Positions 18,475 to 28,424 of a stretch of 64,000 nucleotides of DNA are shown here, piece after piece. The translations under genes and the position numbers were made by a program. Numbering within the stretch: the first letter of the stretch is position 1; each line of letters opens with the position of its first letter. This DNA is from Gammaproteobacteria bacterium (GTDB lineage Bacteria; Pseudomonadota; Gammaproteobacteria; PS1; Pseudothioglobaceae). Below the pieces are notes generated by a model that saw only the letters and a program-made list of their open reading frames with translations, made no database searches and had not been told where the DNA came from. The stretch spans positions 40,321-104,320 of the forward strand of contig JAQWRQ010000028.1 of assembly GCA_029243595.1 (NCBI GenBank). The letters are read 5' to 3'.

Positions 18475-19426
18475 AACGACCCACCACGCCACCCGTTAGC
18501 TTAATTTTTTGATTTTTAGCATCATAACGCATACCCGTCGCATGAATATCAGCCACTTCAGATTGGTAATGTATTCTTTCTTTGGTTCGATAAATTTCAC
18601 TCTCTCCGGATTGATCAACAATCAAATCTGCGGTGTTAATTTTTGAACCGGAATTTTGCAAAATCTTCACCTTGCCCAACAACTGAACAATTTCTTTACG
18701 CATATCCATATCAATACCACTAGCGTAAATTTTATTGTCTGGCGCTAAATAGGTGGTGTCATTGCCAGAGTAATAATGCTTCTGTCCATTTGATTGATCA
18801 ATATAAAGATCTTTGGTTAATATCTTTTGACCGCTGTCTTGGTTAATGCTAGTTTTACCAATCAGTTTCATTTTGTCTTCTTTAGCCTTCATGTGCATGC
18901 CCTGGGCAATCATCTTTGCACGCTCGCCTAAATAAGTTACTTTTTTATTGCTGATTAAATCATCGGTTTTGGTGCTAACCAATAATTCTTGCGTATTCAT
19001 CTTATGAGTTATGCCAGTATTGGAATGAACATTCACTTTACCTTTAAATTTGATTTCACCGTTGTCTAAATAGTTAGCACGCTCTGAAGTCAAAACATAG
19101 TCCACCTCACCTTTTTCATTGTAAGTAGTGACTTTAGGATCTAACAATAACGCTGGCGATCCTTTAAAATTAAAATAACTTCTAGCTTCAACAAAATGAG
19201 ACAACTGCTGGTTAGCGCCAAACTCTTGCAAAACAAAATTATCAATCTTTTCTATATAAGATACTTCTTGCGAGATGACTTCATTGTCCGTTAATGGTGG
19301 TGGCGCTTTCCCTTGTAAGGCGCTAAATGAATACGACAAACCCTGCATCAAAAGCCACGCGATGCCAATAATCACTATAATAAAAACTGTGATTAATAAA
19401 TTGTGTCTTAATTGAAAACTAGCCAT
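18467..19426 (-). CDS. lptC: LptC-like LPS export protein, unusually long (319 aa), with an N-terminal TM anchor and three tandem ~62-aa OstA-type repeats
   Basis: N-terminal anchor LLITVFIIVIIGIAWLL. It lies immediately upstream of lptA. Internal repeats span aa 125-186, 187-248 and 249-310, each following the pattern xxGKVxIxxxxGxxIxTxxLxVD...IxAxGMxxD. Confidence 0.7.
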   Translation of the reverse strand: MASFQLRHNLLITVFIIVIIGIAWLLMQGLSYSFSALQGKAPPPLTDNEVISQEVSYIEKIDNFVLQEFGANQQLSHFVEARSYFNFKGSPALLLDPKVTTYNEKGEVDYVLTSERANYLDNGEIKFKGKVNVHSNTGITHKMNTQELLVSTKTDDLISNKKVTYLGERAKMIAQGMHMKAKEDKMKLIGKTSINQDSGQKILTKDLYIDQSNGQKHYYSGNDTTYLAPDNKIYASGIDMDMRKEIVQLLGKVKILQNSGSKINTADLIVDQSGESEIYRTKERIHYQSEVADIHATGMRYDAKNQKIKLTGGVVGRYE

Positions 19427-19427
19427 T

Positions 19428-20006
19428 GTGTCTCATAAAAAAATTAGTGGTATTTATGCCATAACACCTAACAAAATTCTTGATCTTAATACGATAGAGC
19501 AAGCTATTATCGCGCATAAAATTAGCGTACTGCAATACCGCCATAAAACAACCGATGTATCAATCAAACTTAACGAAGCCAAACAATTACAGCAACTGTG
19601 CTTAAGACATAATACTTTATTTATCATCAACGATGATATTAACCTGGCGCAAAAAATAGGCGCCGACGGCGTTCATCTGGGGAAAAATGACGCTTCTATT
19701 GCTGCTGCTCGGCAGCAGTTAGGCAATAACCCTGTTATTGGCGTGTCTTGCTATAATGATATAAAGCTAGCCAAAACAGCGCAAAATAATGGCGCCGATT
19801 ATGTAGCTTTTGGCGCTTTATTTACATCATTAACCAAGCCTAACGCGCTTCAATGCTCGCTCGACGTCATTACACAAGCCAAGCAAGATCTTACTATTCC
19901 CGTTGTTGGTATTGGTGGTATTGACTTTAACAATCAGCAACAGGCATTTGATGCAGGCTGTGACGCCGTGGCGATGATTAATGCGTTATTTCAATCAGCT
20001 GACTAA
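19428..20006 (+). CDS. thiE: Thiamine-phosphate synthase
   Basis: 192 aa with a GTG start. N-terminal ISGIYAITP, then HLGKND, and the C-terminal VVGIGGI phosphate-binding loop. Confidence 0.85.
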   Translation: MSHKKISGIYAITPNKILDLNTIEQAIIAHKISVLQYRHKTTDVSIKLNEAKQLQQLCLRHNTLFIINDDINLAQKIGADGVHLGKNDASIAAARQQLGNNPVIGVSCYNDIKLAKTAQNNGADYVAFGALFTSLTKPNALQCSLDVITQAKQDLTIPVVGIGGIDFNNQQQAFDAGCDAVAMINALFQSAD

Positions 20007-23000
20007 CAGCGGGGCAGTAAAGCGCACACTTGATTTCGTTGTCATAAATACTTGACAATGTTTCTTTGTAAAACAAGAGTTGTTTGGCATGTTGCGATTG
20101 CTGACGACGTGTGAATTGATCAAGCGATTCATCATCTAAAAGCTCTGCTGTTTTAAAATCAATAATCCATAAAATATCATCATCAACAAACAACCGATCA
20201 ATCGCAATAATACGATTATCGACAACAAATTCGGCCTCAGTCAAGGTTGATGATCGATCCTTAAACAGCCAATCAAATTGCGGGTCGTCCATGGTGTTGT
20301 TTAATAGGCTCAATACAAAATCTCGCCATTGATTGATTTCATCTAATGGTGTGCCAATTTCAAGTAGTCGAGCTTTGATATTATCTGCACTTGGATCAAA
20401 CAAGCCTTGTTCATAATATTGATGAATTAAAGTACCCAACAAACTTTTAAATAAGCGCTCAAAATTTTGCTGATACTCAAGTGTCTCACCTAACTCCGCC
20501 TCTTTTACTGGTGGCGTTACTACTTGCTTAAGCCGTTGCAAAGATGGCGCCTGATTAAGGGTTTCAACTTGTGTCCGAGGCGCGGGTATTTGATCAAATT
20601 CATTTTGATAAAACGGCATTAATAAGGCCAGCAAGCTCTTTTTAGCGGCTTGCTGTTTTTGACTAACATGGCCCAATAAGTGCAATTGACGCTTAGCACG
20701 TGTCATCGCCACATAAAGCAAGCGCATAGTTTCAAATTTATTTTGTTGCGCTTCAACAAATTTTAAATAGGTGTAGGTTTGTCCCTCGTCGATATCAAGC
20801 GAGGATTTAATCGGCGCTAATAACAAAGACTGGTCAGAGAATTCTTTCATGTGCATTATCGGTGAATCATCGCTTCTAGCACCTCGACCAAGCCCTGGCA
20901 TAATCACAGTGTCAAATTCTAGGCCTTTAGATTGATGGATGGTCATGAGTTTTACATTTGCCTTTTCACTCGGTGCATACAGTTCATCCAGGGCGGCTTT
21001 AATTGTTTCAATGTTTAATGATTGTTGTTGCTCGCAAGTATTAACAATAGACAAAAATTGATCTTTAATCAAAACATCCGATTGCGATAATGAACGAGTT
21101 ATACCTAGTTGATCAATGGCAAAAGTAAGTAATTCAACAAAGTTAAATCGACCTTGATTATCCAACACCTTACGTAGGCATGAATAAAGATGTTGTGCCC
21201 TGTTCTGGCCATCTTGGCTCAATTGGGCTAACGTGCTTTCGCTAGCTAATTGCTGATAAATGATTTGACTGTCATCTGCCGATAAAACCAAAATATCGTC
21301 TAACGTCAGCCCACACCACGGGGATCGCAATACACTCAACCACGCTAATTTATCACCAAGATGCATTAGTGCTTGCGCCAGTGAAAACAAGTCTCGTGTT
21401 AGTAGGTGGTCTTTAAGTGGGGTAATTTTTAATGATTCAAACTCAATATTGTGTTGTTTTAATAAGGGTGTAATTTCCACCAGATGCGTTCGACTCCTAA
21501 CCAAAATTGCTATCTTGCTAGTGGGGCGATCAGACAAAGTGGATTGCACAATTTCTAATACTGTTTGCGCTTCCTGCGCAAATTGATCATCAGCAAAAGG
21601 GTAAAAAGTGATGGCCTGATGATGCGTCTCACTTGAAGCCGCTTTAGAAGACGAGTAAGCAATAGCCCCTTGATAGATGTCTTCATGAGTAGGAAAGATT
21701 TCTTGAAAGAATTGGTTATTGCCTTCCACAATACTCTTGGATGAGCGAAAATTTGTACTTAATAATAACGACTCAGGTTTGATATTGGCGATACCATCAG
21801 CTTTAACTTGTAAAAACAACCCTACTTGGGATTCTCTAAATCGATAAATCGATTGCATGGGGTCGCCAACCAAAAACAAAGTTTTTCCATCATTTGGCTG
21901 CCAATGTTTAATGAGTTTTTCAATAGAATTAAACTGCGCAGTAGAAGTATCTTGGAATTCATCAACCAGCAAGTGCTGTAATTGGTAGTCTAAAAACAAA
22001 GCAATATCGCTAATACTAGACCGATCATCCAGTGCCTGGTTGGCATTGAGCGCCACCTCAATAAAATCATGTGCTTGTTTCTGCTCAAAGTGTAAATGTA
22101 GTTGTGCAACACACAGTTTTAATACTTGCGCGATCACTGCCAATGTGTCTGCTTGAATTTTAGAAAAATCAAGTGCGGGTAATTGTGTCACTTGATATAA
22201 CAACGTTCGCAACGAGTCTTGCGTTGACAACACCTGTAAGTGCTCCATCAATGCGTTTTTTTGTACTTTAAGCTCAACAGGAAAACCGCAATTTTTATCT
22301 AATTTTTTGCGCCACAATCCTGTTTTATTTAAACACAAAGACTCAATCGCCTGCCATTTGGCCAAGTCTGCCAACTGATGGCCGGGTAGTTTGCTAACTT
22401 GTGATTGCGCGTTATCAGCGCTTGATGTCATTAGATCAAAAAACGACTGATCTAAATGTGACTTGGCCACCTGCTCTAGATGAGACAAATGCTGAATAAC
22501 AATTTTTTCTGCGCTGCTTTTTAAAACATCGGCATCTAATGCCCCATCTCGATACAATCGCATCAACCATTGATCGCGCTTAGAAAGCATATGCGTAACC
22601 AGACGATAAAATTTTTCTACGTTGTTATCTAAATACAATAGCAAATCTGCAATTGCTTTTCCATGCTGTGGGTCATCAATCAACAACAGGGTTTGCATTG
22701 CCGCTTGTTTGTAGGCATGATCACGTTGCCATTGTGCTGCCATAATCTGGCGTGGCACTAACTGCGCCTTAGATGGGTAACGGCTACTAATCAAACTAGA
22801 TAGGCCGTCAATGGTGGTTATTTTCAAACGTTTTGGATTCTTCAATAATTGCCAATTTCGCTCATTCGAGCGCGTCATCGCAGCTTGGGCTAGATCGTAA
22901 GTAACTTGTTTGTGCGGGACTTCTGGCTGAGGCTGATCAATTGACCTTAAAGCTGATAAAACTCGTTCATTAAGCTCATCGACCGCCTTATTGGTAAAGG

Positions 23001-23154
23001 TCATGGCAATGATGTTTTCAGGCTCCGAGCAAGTGGCTAGCAACCTAAGGTATCGCTGTGTTAATAACTCAGTTTTGCCTGAACCGGCAGGGGCTTGAAC
23101 AATATAAGATTGTGTGACGTCTAAGGCTTGATCTCTTTGCGCCTGATCACTCAT
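19978..23154 (-). CDS. UvrD/Rep-superfamily helicase fused to a C-terminal PD-(D/E)XK (RecB-type) nuclease, AddA-like
   Basis: 1058 aa. SF1 motifs are present: Walker A APAGSGKTELL, motif II LVDEFQDTS, TNFRSS, TIHQSKGLEFD and LLYVAMTRAKRQL. The C-terminal nuclease motif is AIDRLFV...WIIDFKT. Confidence 0.85.
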   Translation of the reverse strand: MSDQAQRDQALDVTQSYIVQAPAGSGKTELLTQRYLRLLATCSEPENIIAMTFTNKAVDELNERVLSALRSIDQPQPEVPHKQVTYDLAQAAMTRSNERNWQLLKNPKRLKITTIDGLSSLISSRYPSKAQLVPRQIMAAQWQRDHAYKQAAMQTLLLIDDPQHGKAIADLLLYLDNNVEKFYRLVTHMLSKRDQWLMRLYRDGALDADVLKSSAEKIVIQHLSHLEQVAKSHLDQSFFDLMTSSADNAQSQVSKLPGHQLADLAKWQAIESLCLNKTGLWRKKLDKNCGFPVELKVQKNALMEHLQVLSTQDSLRTLLYQVTQLPALDFSKIQADTLAVIAQVLKLCVAQLHLHFEQKQAHDFIEVALNANQALDDRSSISDIALFLDYQLQHLLVDEFQDTSTAQFNSIEKLIKHWQPNDGKTLFLVGDPMQSIYRFRESQVGLFLQVKADGIANIKPESLLLSTNFRSSKSIVEGNNQFFQEIFPTHEDIYQGAIAYSSSKAASSETHHQAITFYPFADDQFAQEAQTVLEIVQSTLSDRPTSKIAILVRSRTHLVEITPLLKQHNIEFESLKITPLKDHLLTRDLFSLAQALMHLGDKLAWLSVLRSPWCGLTLDDILVLSADDSQIIYQQLASESTLAQLSQDGQNRAQHLYSCLRKVLDNQGRFNFVELLTFAIDQLGITRSLSQSDVLIKDQFLSIVNTCEQQQSLNIETIKAALDELYAPSEKANVKLMTIHQSKGLEFDTVIMPGLGRGARSDDSPIMHMKEFSDQSLLLAPIKSSLDIDEGQTYTYLKFVEAQQNKFETMRLLYVAMTRAKRQLHLLGHVSQKQQAAKKSLLALLMPFYQNEFDQIPAPRTQVETLNQAPSLQRLKQVVTPPVKEAELGETLEYQQNFERLFKSLLGTLIHQYYEQGLFDPSADNIKARLLEIGTPLDEINQWRDFVLSLLNNTMDDPQFDWLFKDRSSTLTEAEFVVDNRIIAIDRLFVDDDILWIIDFKTAELLDDESLDQFTRRQQSQHAKQLLFYKETLSSIYDNEIKCALYCPAVSQLIEITH

Positions 23155-23166
23155 ACACGTTTATCA

Positions 23167-24867
23167 TTACATTGAATCGGGTGCATTTACGCTGAGTAGA
23201 TTAAGCCCATTAGACAGTACTTGCTTCACCGCACTAATAAGTAACAATCTAGAATTTCGCAAGGTATCGTCTTCAACCAAAAATTCGCTGTTATTGTAGT
23301 AGCTATGGAAATCACCCGCTAATTCGCGTAAGTAGTATGCCAGCAGGTGGGGTTCGTAATTAAGCGCTGAAGATTGCACAACATCTTTGTAACGATTCAG
23401 TTGTTTAATCAGTGTGCTTTCTAGTTCATTGTTCAGTAGCGACAAATCAACCTTTGCCACATTGCCAACATTTTGCTTAAGCACTGAACAAATACGAGCG
23501 TGGGCATATTGAATATAAAACACTGGGTTTTCATTGGTTTTAGACTTGGCTAAATCAAGGTCAAAATCCATGTGTTGTTCTGATTTACGTAACACGTAGA
23601 AAAAGCGCGCCGCATCATTACCCACTTCATTACGCAATTCTTCCAAGGTAACAAACGAACCACTGCGCGTCGACATGGCGACTTTCTTGCCACCTCGATA
23701 CAAATTAGCAAACTGCACCAATAAGATTTCTAATTTACTTTCATCATGACCAAGCGCCTTAATAGAGGCTTTAACTCTGGCAATATAGCCGTGGTGATCT
23801 GAACCCCAAATATTAATAATTTTGTCATAACCACGCTCGAACTTCTCTAGGTGGTAGGCAATATCTGATGCAAAATAAGTATGCAGCCCATTATCACGCA
23901 CCACTACCCGGTCAAGGTCATCACCAAAGTCTGTGGTTTTAAACCAAAGAGCGCCATCTTTTTCATAGATATGACCAGAGGCCTGCAGTGCCTCAACCGT
24001 GGTTTTTGACAAACCACTATCGACTAGTGATTGCTCAGAAAACCACTGCTGGTACTCAACACCAAATTCATTTAAATCGACTTTAATGCCGCTCAAGATT
24101 TGCTGAATAGCTAAATCAAACACCACTTTGTAATCATCACCCAGCTGAGTTTTGCAGTTCTTGATTAAATCATCAATGTGTTTTTCTTTATCTCCACCTT
24201 CTTTTTCATCGGCGCACACCCCTGAAAAAATATCCAGCTTATCAATATCATTAATTTGCTTGGCAATGTCAAAAATATAATCGCCTTTGTAACCATTATC
24301 TGGGAATTTATCTGTTTCAATATAACGCAGGTAAACTGAGGTAGCCAAAATATCCATTTGGCGGCCCGCATCATTCACATAATATTCGTTATCCACTTCA
24401 AAGCCAACCGCTCGCAACAAATTAGCCACGGTAGCGCCATAAGCAGCGCCTCGACCATGGCCAACATGAAGTGGCCCTGTTGGGTTTGCTGATACAAATT
24501 CAAGTAAAACGCGTTGTTTGGCGCCTACATCAGACAGGCCAAAATCCTTGCCTTGATCAATAATTTGATTAACTACCGAAGCATTTGACCCTTGCGACAT
24601 AAAGAAATTAATAAAACCTGGGCCGGCAATCTCTACTTTGTCCACTTCGGCAGAGTTCGGCAGATTATTAATAATTTGTTCGGCTAAATCACGTGGTGAG
24701 CATTTGGCTTGCTTAGAAAGCATCATGGCGATATTAGAGGCAAAATCACCTTGCGCCTTATCTTTGGAATGGTCAATACGAATATTAGCAGGTATTTCAC
24801 TAAGTACGTCATTAGCCACTAAAACTTCTAAGCTTTGAGTTAATAAGATTTGTATTTGTTCTTTCAT
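23167..24867 (-). CDS. argS: Arginyl-tRNA synthetase
   Basis: Class I aaRS with [14 protein letters not shown] (HIGH) and a MSTRSG (KMSK-like) motif. The ORF-track start at 24891 is TTG and overlaps polA. ATG 24867 (MKEQIQILL) aligns with the E. coli N-terminus MNIQALL. Confidence 0.93.
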   Translation of the reverse strand: MKEQIQILLTQSLEVLVANDVLSEIPANIRIDHSKDKAQGDFASNIAMMLSKQAKCSPRDLAEQIINNLPNSAEVDKVEIAGPGFINFFMSQGSNASVVNQIIDQGKDFGLSDVGAKQRVLLEFVSANPTGPLHVGHGRGAAYGATVANLLRAVGFEVDNEYYVNDAGRQMDILATSVYLRYIETDKFPDNGYKGDYIFDIAKQINDIDKLDIFSGVCADEKEGGDKEKHIDDLIKNCKTQLGDDYKVVFDLAIQQILSGIKVDLNEFGVEYQQWFSEQSLVDSGLSKTTVEALQASGHIYEKDGALWFKTTDFGDDLDRVVVRDNGLHTYFASDIAYHLEKFERGYDKIINIWGSDHHGYIARVKASIKALGHDESKLEILLVQFANLYRGGKKVAMSTRSGSFVTLEELRNEVGNDAARFFYVLRKSEQHMDFDLDLAKSKTNENPVFYIQYAHARICSVLKQNVGNVAKVDLSLLNNELESTLIKQLNRYKDVVQSSALNYEPHLLAYYLRELAGDFHSYYNNSEFLVEDDTLRNSRLLLISAVKQVLSNGLNLLSVNAPDSM

Positions 24868-24872
24868 AATCT

Positions 24873-27620
24873 TTAGTGTGCTTGTTGCCAAGAATCGCCA
24901 ATACCCACATCAACCACCAGCGGAATGTCTAATGGATAAGTATCGCTCATCAATGTTTGTATTTTATGTGCAAATTCATCTGCCTTTGAAGCTTTAACTT
25001 CAAAAACTAGTTCGTCATGTACTTGCATGATCATCTTAATGTCAGGGTTTTCATCGCCAATCCATTGATAAACGTCCAACATGGATTTTTTAATAATGTC
25101 AGCAGAAGAGCCTTGCATTGGCGCATTGATTGCAGTGCGCAGAGCATGCTGTTGTAACATTTTATTCTTCGCATTAATTTGTGGTAAATATAAGCGTCTG
25201 CCCATCACAGTTTCAACATAACCCTGTGCCTTGGCTATTTCCTTGATGTTGTCCATATAATCCAAAACACTTGGATAATTTTCAAAATAGGCATCAATAT
25301 AGGCTTTAGCCTCTGTTCTAGACACATCAATTTGCTTAGCCAAACCAAAAGCACTCATGCCATAAATCAAACCAAAATTAATGGCTTTGGCATTACGGCG
25401 ATGATCTTTTGTTACCTTATCAAGTGGCACGTTAAACATCATTGATGCGGTTGCACTATGCACGTCTGTATTATTATTAAAAGCTTCTAGTAAATTCGCA
25501 TCTTGCGAGATATGCGCCATGATGCGAAGCTCAATCTGAGAGTAATCTGCGGCAATAATCACATTGCCTTTATTGGCAATAAAAGCCCCTCTAATGCGTG
25601 CACCTTGTTCAGATCGAATCGGAATATTTTGTAAATTTGGATTGGAAGAAGAAAGGCGTCCTGTCGCTGTCACTGCTTGATGATAAGAGGTATGCAAGCG
25701 CCCAGTTTTAAGGTCTATTTTCTTAGGCAAAGCCTCCAAATAAGTTGAGTTAAGCTTGGTGAGGGTGCGATAGCTTAAAATCAAATCAACCAATGGGTGA
25801 TCTAACAACTTTAATGCCTCTTCATTAGTCGAAGGCGCACCCTTGGGTGTTTTCTTTTTGGCTTCTAAACCCAAACCATCTTCAGAAAATAAAATCTGTT
25901 GAATTTGCTTAGGAGACTCCAAATTAAAGGCGTCACCTGCCAATTCAAATGCTTGCGACTCAATGCTTTTCATTTGTGCTGCAATGTCAAATTGCTGTGT
26001 ATTTAAAGCGCTCACATCTAGCTCTACACCATTACGTTCCATGCGCACCAATACCTCGATCAATGGTATTTCTAGGGTTTGATATAACTTGGCCAACTTA
26101 GGATATTGTGCCAAATCACCGTCCAATACTTGATTAAGCTCTTGGGTCACAATAACGTCTTCACACGCATACGGAAACGCCTGCTCCAGACCAACTTGAT
26201 TAAAGGTAATTTGCTTTTTCCCTTTGCCCGCAACATCGGAAAAATGAATGGTTTGATGATTTAGATAATGCATTGCTAAATCATCCATATTGTGTCGGGT
26301 GGCTACCGAATTCAAGCAATAAGATTTCACCATTGTGTCGTCACTAACGCCTTTTAACACAAGCTCATAATTAGCCAAAACATGGCTGTCATATTTAAGG
26401 TTTTGCCCTATCTTACCAATAGTTGAACTCTCCAAAATAGGCTTTAGATTATTCAAGACGGCTTCAAAATTTAATTGTTTTGGTGCGTCTAAATAATCAT
26501 GTGCGACTGGTACATAAAAACTGTCTTTATCAACCAAAAATACCCAGCCCACAATCTGAGCATTCATATAATCCAATGAGGTTGTTTCTAAATCAAAAAC
26601 AAAAGAATTGCTCTTTTCTAATCTTTGTACTAATGTTTCAAAAGTTTGTTCATCTAGTACTAATGTCTGAGAATAATCAGACATGAAATCGCTACTTGGC
26701 ATCGGCTCAACTACATCAGTCACAGGTTTGTCTGTTGGCTGTGTTGTTGATTCATATTTAGGTGGTTCGCTACTAGTATCTAGCTGTTTAAGCCACATCG
26801 AAAAACCATATTTTTGGAACAAACTGGCTAACTTTACATTGTCTGCACCGGGCTCGTCTGTCAAAATATCGCAGGGCAATTCAACATTAAATTTAAGTTG
26901 CACCAACTGATAAGACAGATCTAGCAGGTCAAAACTGTCGCGTAGTTTCTCACCAACTTTGCCGTTAATTTTGTCAGCATTGGCTTTAATGCCTTCAATA
27001 TTTTCAAACTGATCTAGCCACTTAATGGCAGTTTTTGGACCAACACTCGGCACGCCAGGAATGTTATCTGCACTATCACCAGTCAGTGCTAATAAATCTA
27101 GAATTTGATCAGGACGTACGCCCATCTTTTCTACCACACCTGTTTGATCATACAAGTCACCCTTCATATTCAGCTGGGTAATATTATCACTCACTAATTG
27201 CATCAAATCTTTATCACCACTGGCAATAATGGTTTTTAGTTTGTTTTCATCTGCACATCGGCTCAAGGTGGCGATTACATCATCTGCTTCTACTCCAGGT
27301 ACGCACATAAAATGAAAACCCATGGCACAGATAATCTCGTACAACGGCTCGATTTGCATAACCAACTCTTCGTCAGCGGGTTTTCGGTGAGCTTTGTATT
27401 CTGAATAAAGATCGTGCCGATGGTTCTTACCTTTAGCATCAAAAATCGCAATCATTTTTGCATTTGGGTATTTACGCTGTAAATGTTTAATCGCATTAAT
27501 AACGCCAAACATAGCGCCCGTAGGGAAGCCGTCGTCATTGGTTAAATTTTGTGAAAGGGTAGAAAAATAAGCTCTGAATAAAAAAGCTGATCCATCTAAT
27601 AAAATGAGTTGATGTGACAT
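24873..27620 (-). CDS. polA: DNA polymerase I
   Basis: 915 aa. Contains the 5'-3' exonuclease N-terminus, the 3'-5' exonuclease region (FDLETTSL), and polymerase motifs A (DYSQIELR), B ([14 protein letters not shown]) and C (QVHDE). Confidence 0.95.
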   Translation of the reverse strand: MSHQLILLDGSAFLFRAYFSTLSQNLTNDDGFPTGAMFGVINAIKHLQRKYPNAKMIAIFDAKGKNHRHDLYSEYKAHRKPADEELVMQIEPLYEIICAMGFHFMCVPGVEADDVIATLSRCADENKLKTIIASGDKDLMQLVSDNITQLNMKGDLYDQTGVVEKMGVRPDQILDLLALTGDSADNIPGVPSVGPKTAIKWLDQFENIEGIKANADKINGKVGEKLRDSFDLLDLSYQLVQLKFNVELPCDILTDEPGADNVKLASLFQKYGFSMWLKQLDTSSEPPKYESTTQPTDKPVTDVVEPMPSSDFMSDYSQTLVLDEQTFETLVQRLEKSNSFVFDLETTSLDYMNAQIVGWVFLVDKDSFYVPVAHDYLDAPKQLNFEAVLNNLKPILESSTIGKIGQNLKYDSHVLANYELVLKGVSDDTMVKSYCLNSVATRHNMDDLAMHYLNHQTIHFSDVAGKGKKQITFNQVGLEQAFPYACEDVIVTQELNQVLDGDLAQYPKLAKLYQTLEIPLIEVLVRMERNGVELDVSALNTQQFDIAAQMKSIESQAFELAGDAFNLESPKQIQQILFSEDGLGLEAKKKTPKGAPSTNEEALKLLDHPLVDLILSYRTLTKLNSTYLEALPKKIDLKTGRLHTSYHQAVTATGRLSSSNPNLQNIPIRSEQGARIRGAFIANKGNVIIAADYSQIELRIMAHISQDANLLEAFNNNTDVHSATASMMFNVPLDKVTKDHRRNAKAINFGLIYGMSAFGLAKQIDVSRTEAKAYIDAYFENYPSVLDYMDNIKEIAKAQGYVETVMGRRLYLPQINAKNKMLQQHALRTAINAPMQGSSADIIKKSMLDVYQWIGDENPDIKMIMQVHDELVFEVKASKADEFAHKIQTLMSDTYPLDIPLVVDVGIGDSWQQAH

Positions 27621-27698
27621 GGCAATTATTTTACTGATTAAGATAATGACTTAACAACTTCTTGAGGTATAAAATAGACTTTATTTGATCAAACCATT

Positions 27699-28424
27699 GT
27701 GCCCACTTCTCAAACACTTATTAGCGCCCACGATATCAGCCTAAGCCATCATGGAAAGTCTGTATTAGATAACGTTAGTTTCGAGCTCAAACAGGGTGAA
27801 TTTATCACACTGATTGGCCCCAATGGTGCAGGAAAAAGCTCTTTGATTAAGGTTTTGCTAGGTTTGATTAAATCCGATAGCGGTGATATTAAACGTTCAA
27901 GCAACATCAGACTTGGTTACACGCCTCAGACTTTTAGCCCTAATCCATTTATCCCAATTTCAGTGGCTGGTTTTCTTAATCTAAATCAAAAGGTGGCGCA
28001 GGGCTTCCTACATGAAACAGCTTTATTAACCGGTATCGAAGGCTTGTTAGATTCACCATTAAAAAGCCTTTCTGGCGGTGAATTACAACGTGTCTTACTT
28101 GCTCGCGCCCTGCTGAGTAAACCTAATGTTCTTATCTTGGATGAACCTGCTCAAAATCTTGATGTAAATGGCCAAATGCATTTGTATAAGCTCATCCAAG
28201 ATATTCACCAACAACAAGGTTGCGCGGTGCTAATGGTCTCACACGACCTACACCGAGTGATGAAAGAGTCAACTCAAGTGTTGTGTTTGTATCATCATAT
28301 CTGCTGCATGGGGCAGCCTGAAACCATTATTAAAGACAGTCAATTTAATGATTTATTTGCTGATCAAATGGATGAACTTATGGCCACTTATGAACACCAT
28401 CATAATCACTGTCACGAAGATTAA
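27699..28424 (+). CDS. znuC: Zinc ABC transporter ATP-binding protein
   Basis: 241 aa with a GTG start. Walker A GPNGAGKSS, signature LSGGELQR and Walker B LILDEP are present. Collinear with E. coli ZnuC, including LCL.HHICC.G.PE and the HHHNH.H tail. Confidence 0.8.
   Translation: MPTSQTLISAHDISLSHHGKSVLDNVSFELKQGEFITLIGPNGAGKSSLIKVLLGLIKSDSGDIKRSSNIRLGYTPQTFSPNPFIPISVAGFLNLNQKVAQGFLHETALLTGIEGLLDSPLKSLSGGELQRVLLARALLSKPNVLILDEPAQNLDVNGQMHLYKLIQDIHQQQGCAVLMVSHDLHRVMKESTQVLCLYHHICCMGQPETIIKDSQFNDLFADQMDELMATYEHHHNHCHED

Noticed and set aside
19400-19430. THI-box (TPP) riboswitch upstream of thiE.
   Set aside because: There is only 1 nt between the thiE start and the divergent lptC start, so there is no room for a ~100-nt riboswitch leader.
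19978-23154. The helicase-nuclease considered as part of an anti-phage defence system (Gabija GajB-like or similar).
   Set aside because: No partner genes such as an ATPase/TOPRIM endonuclease, methylase or other defence genes are present. The flanks are argS, polA and thiE. The architecture, SF1 helicase plus a C-terminal RecB nuclease, fits AddA/RecB-type repair enzymes better.
28380-28424. His/Cys-rich C-terminal tail of ZnuC (YEHHHNHCHED), considered as a novel metal-sensing extension.
   Set aside because: E. coli ZnuC carries an equivalent HHHNH.H tail as I recall, so it is a conserved family feature and not novel.
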